In this document: piece by piece, positions 1 through 10,800 of the stretch
Layout: every line of letters starts with the position of its first letter
Numbering within the stretch: position 1 is the stretch's first letter
Position numbers and translations under genes: made by a program
Assembly (NCBI GenBank): GCA_963788655.1
Contig: CAWBHS010000059.1
Location: 1-64,000, forward strand
Direction of reading: 5' to 3'
DNA length: 64,000 bases
Source: an uncultured Verrucomicrobiae bacterium
GTDB taxonomy: Bacteria; Verrucomicrobiota; Verrucomicrobiia; Limisphaerales; JAFGQR01
The notes under the pieces: generated by a model
What the model was told of the DNA's origin: nothing
What the model saw: the letters and a program-made list of their open reading frames with translations, nothing else
Database searches by the model: none

Positions 1-438
1 CGCGAATTTCGCCGCCGGGGTAAGTGCTTGATGTCGCACTTACATACCACAAGCCCGCCAGCAGGTCACTCACTTCAGGCCCGCTCAGGTTGAGTGAACC
101 GGAGACCTACAAGAGAAAGCCCGGTGGAGGGTTTATGTGTCGGGCCCTGGTGCTCCCAAGTCAAAGAGAACAGGGGCAGTGGAACCAGCAAGCGCTGGTC
201 CGTTAATGGTGACATCGGTCAGTTCGGCGGCGGGGACGGAGAAGGCCACGCCATAATAGAACATGTCGCCGGGATTCAATGAGAACGACCCGGTGCCAAG
301 GACACTGCTGTCGTTTGGCGGCACTTGGCTGGCCCCATTCAGCGTGACTGTGAATTGAAGTGTCCCTTGGGCGTGAGCCGTGGCTAGACCGCTCGTGACC
401 AGCACGAGCAGCAGCGCGGTCCTTATTGCTGTTTTCAT
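1..438 (-). CDS. Secreted CHRD-domain protein; disrupted by a frameshift and an in-frame TAG; runs off the window
   Basis: Signal peptide MKTAIRTALLLVLV followed by LNGASQVPPNDS. After a frame change near 135 it reads DLLAGLWYVSATSSTYPGGEIR, matching the CHRD C-terminal motif. Confidence 0.7.
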
Positions 439-463
439 ACGTTCTTTCTGGTTGAGGTTTGGG

Positions 464-2855
464 TTACGGTTTGTACAGAGCGCGATAGAATCGGCTTGGG
501 TAGTTGGAAGCGGAAGAATCGGTGAACGTAAAGGGCGCAACGTTTGTGACCAATGCAATCCAGTTGGTCGTATTCAGTTCGTGTTTGCTTGGATGATCCG
601 TACGTGAATTCAGAACCTGGCCAACTGTCAGGCGGAACTGGCTGTTGCTGTAGGTTGCGGAACTGAGCGTGGCTTGGCTGGTCAGCACCGTCAAGACCGC
701 GACCGCGCTGCTGACTGAGCCGGACGAATTCGTGGCGACGACGGCGTAGTTTCCGGCGTTGTTGGTCTGAACGCCCGTGATGGTGTAACTGGAACTTGTG
801 GCCCCGCTGATGTTCGCAGCGTTAAACTCCCACTGGTAAGTCGGCGTTGGCGTGCCGATGGCGCTGGCCGCGAACGTGACGTTCTGGCCTTGGTAAACCG
901 TCTGGCTCTGCGGCTGGGTCGTAAAGACCGGCGCCGCGGGGAGAACCAGGTCGAGAAGCACGTTGCCCATAGCGCCGTTGTTGCCGTCCCCGCGATGCGG
1001 TAGGTCGTCCGCCTGTGGCCGTGAAAATTACTCGGCTGGCCCCGTTGCCCAGGGAACCGTTGTCGCTGCCAACGGTCGTCAGGCTCCCAACGCTGGAGCC
1101 CGTATAGACGGCCAGCAGCGTATTGAAGCTGCTTCCCAATGTGTCAATCGTCACACTCCCGCTGGCAGGGGCCGTCCAATTGGTACCAGACGGATGCGCC
1201 ACCGGCATTTCCGGCGTGATTCGCTTCGCCGGACCCTTTGAGGCGCGCAGGTCGGTGCCGTTGGTCGTGCCTTGTGAACCGCTGACGACGATGGCATTGG
1301 CAAAAAGGTCGTTCGTGGTAATCGGCGCCGGTCCGCGGTCGCACCAGACGCCCCACCGTCCTGAACCATTCGTCAGGATTCCCGAATACTGCGCCGCATA
1401 TTCCTGAATGGTCAAAAATCCGCGCCGTTCACCGGGTCCACCCACGTCATGCTGTAATCGCCCACGGTTTGTCCCGAGGGAATCTAAGAGAGATTTCCAA
1501 TACGACGACTGTCCCGCCCTGTAGAGATAATCCGGTTCGAGCGTTCCCATCGGCTCGTTGAGCGCATGTAAGGAATAGTTGGCACTGGCATATTGATTCG
1601 TCCCAAAACGGGAGTAACCGATGAGCGCGTCCCCGAATCGGTTCACCGCAATGCTTGGGAATGCATACATCGTCGCGCCGCTCGAATCGTCCAGCCGCCC
1701 ATTCTGAAGAACATTGCCATTCGTGCCATTGCCGCCGCTGCACAGCGCAGCGCGTTGGGTTGTTTGCGGGGAGAAAAATAGTGTGCGCACACCAGAGCGA
1801 GCCGTTTCGATAGACGACCTGGCTCAAGCGCGAGTCCACCGTGTTGATGGCCGGTACATCCGGCTGGCCGAGTTGGGGCGCGATGTTGCCGTTGTTCGGT
1901 CCGGCGCTGGCCCAAGCGGGTGCGCTGGGGAAATTGGTGGAGCGTGCAAGCGTGGCCGAGCCGGCGCTGCCGGTGATGGTGTAGAGGGCCAGTAAGCTTG
2001 AGTTGGTGGGATTGTCCTGGAAATCCTGGAGCAGATACAACGTGGCGTCGTTCGTGTCGTACGTGACCGCCGGTCTGAGGTTATAGCCGTTGGTCGTGGT
2101 TCCCGACCGATACGGTTGGTAGAACGACTGCGGGGTCACTGAGCCACCGGCATAGACGTTCGTCTTGTTCAAGACGAACAGCCCGACCCCGTCGGCTCCT
2201 CCGACGTAAATCGGGAAATAGTTCCAGGAAATGGCAATTTTGTCCCGGTTGAAGCCGGGCGTCGGGAAGTCAGCCCAAGAGTAACCGCTCGTGTCCACGT
2301 CCCACCCGTAGGCGTAACAGCCTCCGGAGGGGTTGCTGTTTGTGGAAACGGCAATGAGAATCGCAGAACCAGTATACCGGTTTGCGGTCGCCGTTGCGAC
2401 CCATCGTTGGCTGTAAGGGTCGTTCAGAATGCGCGGGTCAAAGACAACGCTGAGGCCGGAAATCCGGCTTTGCCACCAGCTTAACAAGGAAGTGGTGCTG
2501 ATAGTGTTCCCGCTGCGGTCTTGAATGCGCACCTGGGTATTGAGCATGGTGACCACGTTGCTGGGGCCAACGCACCCGTCGGTGTCAGGAGGCCAAGTGA
2601 AGTTGTTGTCATCCAGCCCTGGGAAGTTGGTCGTCGGCGCAGGGGAGTTCGGCAGCACCGGTGGAAACGGGGATGGCGCTGGTGTCGGGGCCGGCATCTC
2701 CACGGCGTTGGTCGGTAACGTGCCGGTGTTCGTGACAATGATCAAAGGAGGGATGTCTTGACCGAGCGTGGAGTGAGGCAAGAGCAGACCCAGGGACAAA
2801 AGTCCGCTGAGGACTGTTCCGATTCGGATTTGCTGTTCTTGTTGTTTGTTTTCAT
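464..2855 (-). CDS. Large secreted multidomain protein (beta-rich N-terminal domain, NDxFANA module, Ig-like domain, C-terminal RFYRA); several frameshifts
   Basis: ORF pieces 1447-2919, 822-1790 and 464-970 join into one gene. Motifs: PPDTDGCVGP..FDPRI, NDLFANA, PVFTTQPQSQTV..YQW..GNYAVVATN, and terminal PSRFYRALYKP. Confidence 0.7.
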
Positions 2856-2920
2856 GTATTGACCTTTCATTATGGTTGCGCTTTGGACTCGCCCGCGACG
2901 TTCGCACGGGCGTTCGCACG

Positions 2921-3050
2921 GGCTAACGAATCAAGCTCAGGCACGGCTGCCCCGGCAGATCGGCCTGTGCGCAAAGGAGACAAACAATGAAGAACAAAAT
3001 AATGAACGCAGTGGAGTGGGGCAGACGTTGCCTGGAGCGCCTGGTTAGGC
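2921..3050 (-). mobile_element. attC site, array 1
   Basis: Minus strand reads GCCTAAC-CAGGC-GCTCCAGG...CCTGAGC-TTGATTC-GTTAGCC. The inverse core complements the preceding core GTTAGGC. Confidence 0.85.
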
Positions 3051-3311
3051 CATTGGCTCGCAGTCGAAGTGAAGATGTGGGCCAGCAGTCGGGCGACACA
3101 CGACAACCCGTGTCAGTCGGAAAACTCCAGCCAAGGAGTGCTCTAGCAGTGCTGCGCGAGACGGCAGACTGTCCAGAATGCTTTCGTCAGAGGCTTGGAA
3201 CGTCCCCGAACGCAGAGCGTCATCGAACGATGCTCTGCCGGTGGCGAGAAGCTGGCTATCCCGATCCAGCAACTTTGCTGGAGCCTCAACTGCTGCGGTG
3301 GGTCTTGTCAT
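3045..3311 (-). CDS. Cassette hypothetical protein, 88 aa
   Basis: ORF fills the cassette and its stop codon overlaps the attC inverse core. Confidence 0.6.
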   Translation of the reverse strand: MTRPTAAVEAPAKLLDRDSQLLATGRASFDDALRSGTFQASDESILDSLPSRAALLEHSLAGVFRLTRVVVCRPTAGPHLHFDCEPMA

Positions 3312-3345
3312 ATATTTATTCGTCGGATGTGAACTGTGGTCTATG

Positions 3346-3471
3346 GCCTAACGACAAGGATCACCGACCGCCGCCGGAAACGGGCGCTGGCTGCGAATCC
3401 AGCGTCCGAAAAATCCGGCGCAACGAAACTGAAGCGCGGGGCGGCGGTTCGTGTGAATCCGATTGTTAGAA
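3346..3471 (-). mobile_element. attC site, array 1
   Basis: Minus strand TTCTAAC...GTTAGGC with paired internal arms. The inverse core complements the preceding core GTTAGAA. Confidence 0.8.
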
Positions 3472-3478
3472 ACTTCCT

Positions 3479-3812
3479 TCACAGTTTAGCTTTAGGACGA
3501 ACTATCCCGGCGATGCTGACCACGACAAGCAAAAGTGTAGATACCGCTACAACGCGCCTTAGCTTTGCGTGATCTTGGGTCAGCACATGACCATCTATGA
3601 TGGAGGGCTCACATTCACGAGCAAGAGCATCAGGCAATGCGACGAAATCGCGGTGCGACGAAAGCAGCGTCCTGTCGGGCGTCAACCTTAGCCAGTCTGC
3701 ATACCGTTTCTCGCACGAAGCCCGCGTACAGATCAACCTCTGGATTGGAATACCACCCAAAATAGCCGATGCAGATCCCGGCGATGAGCATGATAATAAA
3801 GAAGAACCTCAT
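3479..3812 (-). CDS. Cassette membrane protein, frameshifted
   Basis: Hydrophobic N-terminus MRFFFIIMLIAGICIGYF (3630-3812) and hydrophobic C-terminus in the 3479-3760 frame. Confidence 0.5.
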
Positions 3813-3818
3813 GCCTCT

Positions 3819-3914
3819 TTCTAACGATAGAACTGAGCGACGCGGGCGGCCCAGCGCGTCCGCATTGGCAACCGACGTGGCCCGCCCGCGTTCGCTCCAG
3901 TGATCTTGTTGGCC
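3819..3914 (-). mobile_element. attC site, array 1
   Basis: Minus strand GGCCAAC..CTGGAGCGAACGCGGGCGG...CCGCCCGCGTCGCTCAG..GTTAGAA. Confidence 0.85.
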
Positions 3915-3921
3915 GTGGTCA

Positions 3922-4338
3922 CTATTTCGTCGCCTCCTTCAACATCTCCTGCATCTTCTTGTCGCGCTTCATGGTGAAACCCATGATCTCGCCTGCATCT
4001 TCCGGCTTTAGGCTATCGTCCGCAGCATCTGTGTCGATGATCTTCCCATCTCGAATCAAAACCAGAAAGTAGTAAGGACTCTGCTCGTCACCCTGCAAAA
4101 ACTCGTAGTCAGGACTGTTCACGGTAATCGGCTTGGCAATCTCCGGAGTCAGTTCGCGGACGTAGAGCTTGAGGCCACTCTTGGTGGTGTGCTCCAGCTT
4201 GTAGTCGGGGGACGCCATGACCTCGGGAGCCGTCGCAGGAACGAGCCGCTTGGTCTTGGTAGATGAACCGCCTTCCTTCGAGCAGCCGATAAGGCAAAGC
4301 GTGGCGACGAGTGAAACGATGATGGTGCGTATGTTCAT
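3922..4338 (-). CDS. Cassette lipoprotein
   Basis: MNIRTIIVSLVATLCLIG-C lipobox; starts just after the intron 3' end. Confidence 0.75.
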   Translation of the reverse strand: MNIRTIIVSLVATLCLIGCSKEGGSSTKTKRLVPATAPEVMASPDYKLEHTTKSGLKLYVRELTPEIAKPITVNSPDYEFLQGDEQSPYYFLVLIRDGKIIDTDAADDSLKPEDAGEIMGFTMKRDKKMQEMLKEATK

Positions 4339-4353
4339 AAAGCGTGTAGTCGG

Positions 4354-5170
4354 ACCGGGTAGGCGTAGGCGGTCACCCGCCCACGCCCCCCTAAGAACCG
4401 GACTTGAAAGTTTCCCTTCATCACGGCTCAAGCCTCTCCAAGGCCACCCCGGATGCGGGGGACCCGCGTAACCAGGAGGCCGGTGACACCCAAAGGCGTC
4501 ATGGACCTTCCCAATCCCACTTGGCAATACCGGTCGGCGGCCATATCGCGCTCGGCTCCTTTGGGCCGCAGCACCGAGAGGCACCAAGCGACGGGCGTCG
4601 CTCGTCCTATGCTTCTCTCGCTTGAAGGGGTTCCGCTGATTTTCTTGCCAGGAGACACCAGATCGACGTGGGCATATCCGGTCCATTACCGACCGGCCTT
4701 GGCTTGTTCGATCCTCTTCATGCTGCCTCCCCTGGGCCTGCCTTGCGGTCGGCTTGCCTGGATACTCTCCAGGCGGGAACTGGCAGCTTTTCCATGTTCC
4801 GCATTCTCCACAGGATGGGTTAGGTCCACTCTCTACACCGGCGGTGCAACATTCGCGTCGGGCTACGTTAGACAGCCCGAACCTGACCGCTGGCCTTGTT
4901 TTGGCCGGAGCCTTAAAACAGCCTCGTTTGGCTCGTTCCTCTGACGATGCTTGCAAGTGTTCACATGGGTTGACCCTACCATCCGATTCTAGCGCCGCAC
5001 CCGGATTGAGGCTCCCAGGCTGGCTACATTGTCGGGAAGGCTTCACACCCTGGACAGTAGCCTTGCGGCCGCCCGTCCAACGCATGCTTCCCTGGAATAC
5101 CTGCCGCGAAAGGCAGGACTGAGTCAGGTTGCCCATGCTCAGCAGTGATGAATGCGACTTCATGTCACAA
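4354..5170 (-). mobile_element. ORF-less group II intron, copy 1 (817 bp), inserted in an attC core
   Basis: Domain V GAGCCGTGATGAAGGGAAACTTTCAAGTCCGGTTC at 4395-4429. Domain VI has a bulged A 7 nt from the end. An EBS1-like loop contains CTAACG. Near-identical to 60959-61775. No RT ORF. Confidence 0.9.
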
Positions 5171-5276
5171 CTAACGCCCAAGTGAGCGACCGGCGGCGTG
5201 AAGCGTTGGCCCACCCGGAACGCCTCGCGAGAAGCCCAGGGCGTGATCGCCGGTTCGCTCCACTGACTGGTTGTGC
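5171..5276 (-). mobile_element. attC site, core interrupted by intron copy 1
   Basis: Minus strand GCACAAC-CAGTC-AGTGGAGCGAACCGGCG...CGCCGGTCGCTCACT-TGGGC-GTTAG, then the intron, then CC. Confidence 0.85.
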
Positions 5277-5520
5277 CATTTCATGTCTGTTGGTGGACGG
5301 GGCCACGAATCGACAACGGCTCTCTGCCCGTCCGAACTGAATGCCGGTATCGAATCACTTCTGATCGCCAAACTCCAAATCCAATCTCCGTTTCGAACCG
5401 CTCCGCAAACCTCTCGTGATCGTCTCTGTCAGAAACCCATCCGAAGGCCCGGAACCAATTCATTCTTCGGCTTGCTCGTGACCGCGTGCCCGAACCGCAA
5501 CGGCACGACGCATTCAATCT

Positions 5521-5645
5521 GCACAACGTCAAAGGACACCGGACCCCTGACTGGGGGCGAGGCTTCGACTGTGGGTTGAGGGTTGAATCATCATAACGGC
5601 AAAACTCGAAGCGAGTCAGGGGTTCGGTGCTCCGCCTTGTTCTGC
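5521..5645 (-). mobile_element. attC site, array 1
   Basis: Minus strand GCAGAAC..CACCGAACCCCTGACT...AGTCAGGGGTCCGGTG..GTTGTGC. Confidence 0.8.
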
Positions 5646-5650
5646 AATCT

Positions 5651-6031
5651 TCATTTCCAGTTCACGCACGAACTCCTGAACATGGGAGTCCGGGTGCAGA
5701 GCTGTGATCCAGACCAGAATCCCTTCATTCCAAGAATCAGTGTACCACGCTGGTTCCGAACGGACCGGATAGCGTCGTAGCGGATAAATTTGCGAGTGTG
5801 TCCGAATCGGATAAGACGAACCCCATCATCTTCAATCCGGTATTCCACGCCATTCTGATCCAAAAAAGACGGAACCAGGACTGAAGCGAAGAGCACAAAC
5901 ATCGGTAAAACGAGGAACAGAGCGTATATCGGCTGCCGAAAGAGAACGACACCAAACAGGTAGCTGCTCAGCAGGATCAGCGAAAGGATCCCACCAAGGA
6001 CTCTGTATCGTGGCAGCGCGTTTACTGTCAT
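5651..6031 (-). CDS. Cassette membrane protein with two TM helices
   Basis: MTVNALPRYRVLGGILSLILL...; the ORF is bounded by two attC sites. Confidence 0.65.
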   Translation of the reverse strand: MTVNALPRYRVLGGILSLILLSSYLFGVVLFRQPIYALFLVLPMFVLFASVLVPSFLDQNGVEYRIEDDGVRLIRFGHTRKFIRYDAIRSVRNQRGTLILGMKGFWSGSQLCTRTPMFRSSCVNWK

Positions 6032-6042
6032 GGTTTTCTCTG

Positions 6043-6167
6043 GCAGAACGATGAGCTCAGCGACGTGCGCCGGGCGAAACGGTTGAGCGCACAATCCGCG
6101 CCCGAAGTCTCCCAGCACTCGGAACGGACTGGCGGGGCGCACGTTCGCTGAAGCGCTCTGGTTGGGC
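6043..6167 (-). mobile_element. attC site of the first cassette of array 1
   Basis: Minus strand GCCCAAC..GCTTCAGCGAACG...CGTCGCTGAGC-TCATC-GTTCTGC. The inverse core complements GTTGGGC at 6927-6933. Confidence 0.85.
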
Positions 6168-6881
6168 CGTTGTATGTCTTGGCGGCCTGTCTTGACGGTC
6201 TGGATGGTCGTAACTAACCGACTCGAGCAGAAGAACGGAGAGCTTCAGCAACGCATGAGTCCTGGCAGGGTCAATCCCAGCGCTGTTGTGGAGAAGACGA
6301 CGCGCAAACAACTCCACGAAATGCAGTCCCTGGCGCGTTTGCCCATTCTCAAAATGCTCGATTGCCCTATCAAGATGACCAAGCAGCAAGCGATACGCAG
6401 GACTTGGCGTGCCCTCGTCCTCGACCTCATCGCGCATGCCTTTCAAAAGGAAGGTCGGTGACTCCACGTTCAAGTAGACGGTTTGGTATCCCCACTCCGT
6501 GCCGTCAAACACGCCCAACCGCAAGACAGCGTAGCCGTGTCCAAATGAGCCCACTCCAAAGGTGTTGGTGGTCCTGATTCCTTCTGCAAACAAACTGTAA
6601 ATATACTGACTGTGCTCACCAACGTCACGCGTGAACCAGAAATATTGGAGGTCATCGTTGTCGGGATCGTAGGACAATGAGGCGTCAAGAACAACCTGGG
6701 CCGTTAGCCCGTTTGGTGCCAATACGTCAGCCTTAAGACTGCCGCCTGACAACGTGTAGCTCGCTACGATAGGCGGTGCTTCAATTGCATTCAAAACGAG
6801 AGGAATGGCTACTGGTGGGCTCTCTGCCAACAATGTGAATGCAGTTATTGTAAGAGCGCCAATGACTAACGCTGTCTTCAT
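6057..6881 (-). CDS. Cassette secreted protein with a PKD-like domain and helical C-terminal domain
   Basis: Signal peptide and VVLDASLSYDPDNDDLQYFW PKD-type motif. The ORF reads through attC, so the true stop may be earlier. Confidence 0.65.
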   Translation of the reverse strand: MKTALVIGALTITAFTLLAESPPVAIPLVLNAIEAPPIVASYTLSGGSLKADVLAPNGLTAQVVLDASLSYDPDNDDLQYFWFTRDVGEHSQYIYSLFAEGIRTTNTFGVGSFGHGYAVLRLGVFDGTEWGYQTVYLNVESPTFLLKGMRDEVEDEGTPSPAYRLLLGHLDRAIEHFENGQTRQGLHFVELFARRLLHNSAGIDPARTHALLKLSVLLLESVSYDHPDRQDRPPRHTTAQPERFSERAPRQSVPSAGRLRARIVRSTVSPGARR

Positions 6882-6926
6882 ATGTTTTCGCCTTTCTTAA
6901 TTTTCCACTGCGTGTGGATTTTTGCT

Positions 6927-6970
6927 GCCCAACAGTATTAATAAACGAAAATTTTTCGGTTTATCCGATT
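6927..6970 (-). mobile_element. Putative attI site
   Basis: GTTGGGC core with no attC-like upstream arm, lying between the first cassette and the divergent intI remnant. Confidence 0.6.
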
Positions 6971-7169
6971 TGCTGCGTTAACGTTCCCGCGCCCTTCATG
7001 CGACGTCAAGCCCAAAGTAAATTTTTCTTGCCTCCCCGCCAGCTTAGTTGTTGACTCCCAACGGTGGGTGTCTTGGGGCCCCAAGCTGGACCTTCCTGGG
7101 CGCCTTCCGGATAAACCGAAAAATTTTCGGTTTATCCGACGACGATTGGACCATCAATTGCGAAAACCA

Positions 7170-7666
7170 ATGGCAACAGTCCATTTCCCCGATTGGCCCG
7201 AGTGGCTGGCCAACGCCGACCTCCCCGAACGGCATAAAAGCAGTTTCGCCATCACCCTCCACTGGTACCTCAACTTCTGCCGCCGGGGCCGGGGCGAGGT
7301 CACTCATGACTCGGCCCGCGACTTCATCGCCTGTGTTTAGGTTCACAAACACCCGCAGCCGCCGGATAGGGCGAGACTCCGTCGAGCCCTGACTTTTCCG
7401 CATCATTTCCGCAATGCCGGCAACGTTGACGCGGGAAGCCTGAGCCGTTCGAAGACCAAACGTTTCCCTTGGCCCGGCAGGGGGTTGATGGGCGCGCTCC
7501 GGGGAAGTCAGGGCTCGACGGAGTCTCGCCCTACCAGGTGGTTGGGGGGTGGCGGCATTGCTTTGCGTCCCAACTGCTGGATCAGGGCACGGATATTGAT
7601 TCACTCACGCCCGCTCGCTCACCCCTGGCGGGGCTTGCGGCGGCGGCGCCATTTCTTTCGCGCTGA
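7170..7666 (+). pseudogene. intI: Integron integrase remnant with large internal deletions
   Basis: N-terminal piece MATVHFPDWPEWL..WYLNFC (7170-7340), then RHCFASQLLDQGTDI (tyrosine recombinase box II-like) and the IntI-type C-terminal RSPL. Divergent from the cassette array. Confidence 0.7.
7367..7533. repeat. REP-like inverted doublet with perfect 29-bp arms, inside intI
   Basis: tagggcgagactccgtcgagccctgactt at 7367-7395 and its reverse complement at 7505-7533. A related half-copy lies near 14900. Confidence 0.85.
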
Positions 7667-7811
7667 TCCGTTGAGCGGTTCAATCGCTTCCTCACGGTCG
7701 CGGCTCAGTTCCAACCGCGGCGCGACGTTTGCAGGACAAAGGTATCTCGCTCACGTCAAAATTCTTCCTTCCTTCGTTGCCGCGGCAATTCGATTTGCTA
7801 AACTTGGGTTC

Positions 7812-10800
7812 ATGACTACACGCAGATTTTATTCTGAAAAATCGTTTTATTGGCAGACCGCCCTCGCTGCTGTGCTGGCGTGCCTGGTTTTTGGGACCGT
7901 TTCCCATCTCCATGCCTGGCAAGCCGCCAAAGGACCGCTGACCACGCGTTGGACCCAGGAAGTTTCGCCGAACCATGCCTTGCCGGAATATCCCCGACCG
8001 ATGTTGGTCCGCGAGGCCTGGCAGAATCTCAACGGGCTTTGGGACTACGCCATCGTGGCCAAGGACGCCGCCCAACCCACCCAGTGGAACGGCCAAATCC
8101 TGGTGCCGTATCCCGTCGAATCGGCGCTGTCGGGCGTGATGAAAACCGCCGGACCAGACCACCGGCTTTGGTATCGGCGCACGTTTGCGGTGCCAACCGA
8201 TTGGAACGGCAAGCAAGTGCGGCTGCACTTCGGCGGCGTGGATTGGGAAACCACCGTCTGGGTCAACGGCCAGGAACTGGGCACGCATCGCGGTGGTTAT
8301 GATGGCTTCAGTTTCGACATCACCAAGGCGCTCAAAGCGTCCGGCCAGCAGGAAATCATCGTGAGCGTTTGGGACCCCACCGATGCCGGCTATCAACCAC
8401 GCGGCAAACAGGTGCAGCGCCCCGGCGGCATCATGTACACCTCCACCACCGGTATCTGGCAGACGCCGTGGTTGGAGCCGGTGGATGCGGCGCACATTGA
8501 ATCGCTGCGAATCACTCCGGACTTGGACAAGTCCGCCGTGGCGATCCAGTCGGCTTGTGTCGCGGGTGCGGCCAAAACGACGCTCAAGTTTGAAGTGTTG
8601 GCGGAACACCGATTGGTCCAATCCGGCGAAATCTCAGTCGCCGGCGCCCAAGGGGGGCCGATCATGCCGAAGATTCTGCTCAAAGTGCCCAACGTCCGTC
8701 CATGGTCGCCGGATGCGCCGTTTCTCTACGACCTGCAGATCACGATGCTGAGTGACGGCCAGGTGGTGGATCACGTGACCAGTTACTTTGGCATGCGCAA
8801 GATTTCGCTGGGCAAGGACACAAACGGATTCACCCGACTGCTGTTGAACAACGAACCGCTCTTCCAATTCGGTCCGCTGGATCAGGGCTTCTGGCCCGAT
8901 GGCTTGTACACGGCGCCGACCGATGAAGCGTTGCGTTATGACATCTTGATGACCAAGGCGCTGGGCATGAACATGGCCCGCAAACACGTGAAGGTCGAAC
9001 CGGAGCGCTGGTACTACTGGTGCGACAAGCTCGGTCTGCTGGTCTGGCAGGACATGCCCAGTGGCAACTTCGGCGGGCGCGACGACCAGCGGCGTTCGGA
9101 CGAAGCGTCGGCCCAATACCAACTTGAACTCCACCGCCTGATCGAAGGACGGTACAACCATCCGTCGATTGTGATCTGGGTGCCGTTCAACGAAGGTTGG
9201 GGCCAACACGAAACGCCGCGTTATGTCGGCTTGATCAAACAGTGGGATGCAAGCCGCCTGGTGAATGAAGCCAGTGGATGGACCGACCGTGGCAGCGGCG
9301 ACGTGAAGGACATTCATGCGTATCCCGGACCGGCCGCGCCGAAGCCCGAAGCAAACCGCGCGACGGTGTTGGGCGAATTCGGCGGCCTGGGATTGCCCGT
9401 CAGCGGCCACACCTGGCAGGCCGAAAAGAATTGGGGCTACCGCAGCTTCAAAGATTCCGCCGACCTTACCGCGGCTTATCGTGCAACTCATCAAGAAATT
9501 GCACCCGCTCATCGGCAGCCAGGGTTTGTCCGCCGCGGTCTATACGCAAACCAGCGACGTAGAAGTCGAAGTCAACGGTCTGATGACCTACGACCGCGCT
9601 TTGGTCAAGCCCGACCAGGAAGCCATCACGCGGGCAGACAAGCAGCTTTACCTGCCACCGCCGCCGCCCCCAATGATCGAGGCGCTGGTGCCGACCTCGC
9701 AGGATCGCGGCATCGATTGGCGTTACACCACAACCCAGCCAGCGGAGAATTGGTACCAACCCGGCTTGGAGACGGCCAATTGGAAAACCGGCCCCGGTGG
9801 CTTTGGAACCCGCGGCACGCCCGGCGTGGTGGTCCGCACCGAATGGAACACCAGCGACATCTGGTTGCGCCGGGAATTTGAGTTGCCGACCGATTTCAAG
9901 ACCGACCATCTGCAATTCATCATTCACCACGACGAAGATGCGGAGGTTTACGTCAACGGTGTGGAAGTGGCTTCGTTCACGGGCTACACGACCAGCTACG
10001 AACCGGCCCCGGCTTCCGCCAAACTCAAGCAAGCGTTAAAGCCGGGCAAGAACCTCATTGCCGTTCACTGCCACCAAACCGGCGGCGGCCAATACATCGA
10101 CGTCGGCCTGGCGAACGTAATCGAACGCGCATACGCCGCGCCCACGCCACCGGCCGGCGACTCGGCGGACGTTGAAACGGTGCGCCTCGTGGAACCGACC
10201 GTCCGGAACGGCCTCTACGTTCACAATCTCGCGCCGCTGGCGCCCAGTCCCTTCATGAAATTGCCCATCGGCATGCATCACGCCGCAGGGTTGGCTGCGT
10301 CATCAATTGGAAGTCGAAAAGGAAGGGATGATCGGCCACCTCGAAGAAATTTCTCCGTGGCTGGACTTCGCCAAGAGTTCCTGGACGGACAAGGAAGGCA
10401 AAGGCCGTTATGGGTGGGAGGAAATGCCGTATTGGCTCAAGGGCTACGGCGACCTGGGTTACGTGCTCAAGGACCAGGCCATCATTGCTGACACCCGCAA
10501 ATGGATCGAGGCCGCCATGGCGTCGCAGCGCGAAGACGGCTGCTTCGGCCCGCGCGAATTGCTCGCCTCGCTCAACGGCAAGCCCGACCTCTGGCCGCAC
10601 ATGGTCATGTTGAACATTCTCCAGTCCTATTACGAATTCACCGGCGAACCGCGCGTCCTGGACGTCATGAACGCGCTATTTCAAATGGGAGAACACGCTG
10701 CCGGCCACCGCCTTCGGCGAAGGGTACTGGCCGAAGATTCGCGCCGGCGACAAATCGAAAGCATTTACTGGCTATACAATCGCCTCGGTCCGGACAACGC

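Noticed and set aside
100..115. In-frame TAG in the CHRD gene as pyrrolysine
   Set aside because: It lies next to a frameshift in a noisy region, at a position with no known conservation, and no pyl genes are visible.
3922..5214. 430-aa ORF, and the 380-aa ORF at 60695-61837, as intron-encoded proteins
   Set aside because: No RT motifs. They are chance read-throughs of the ribozyme; the real genes start after the intron 3' end.
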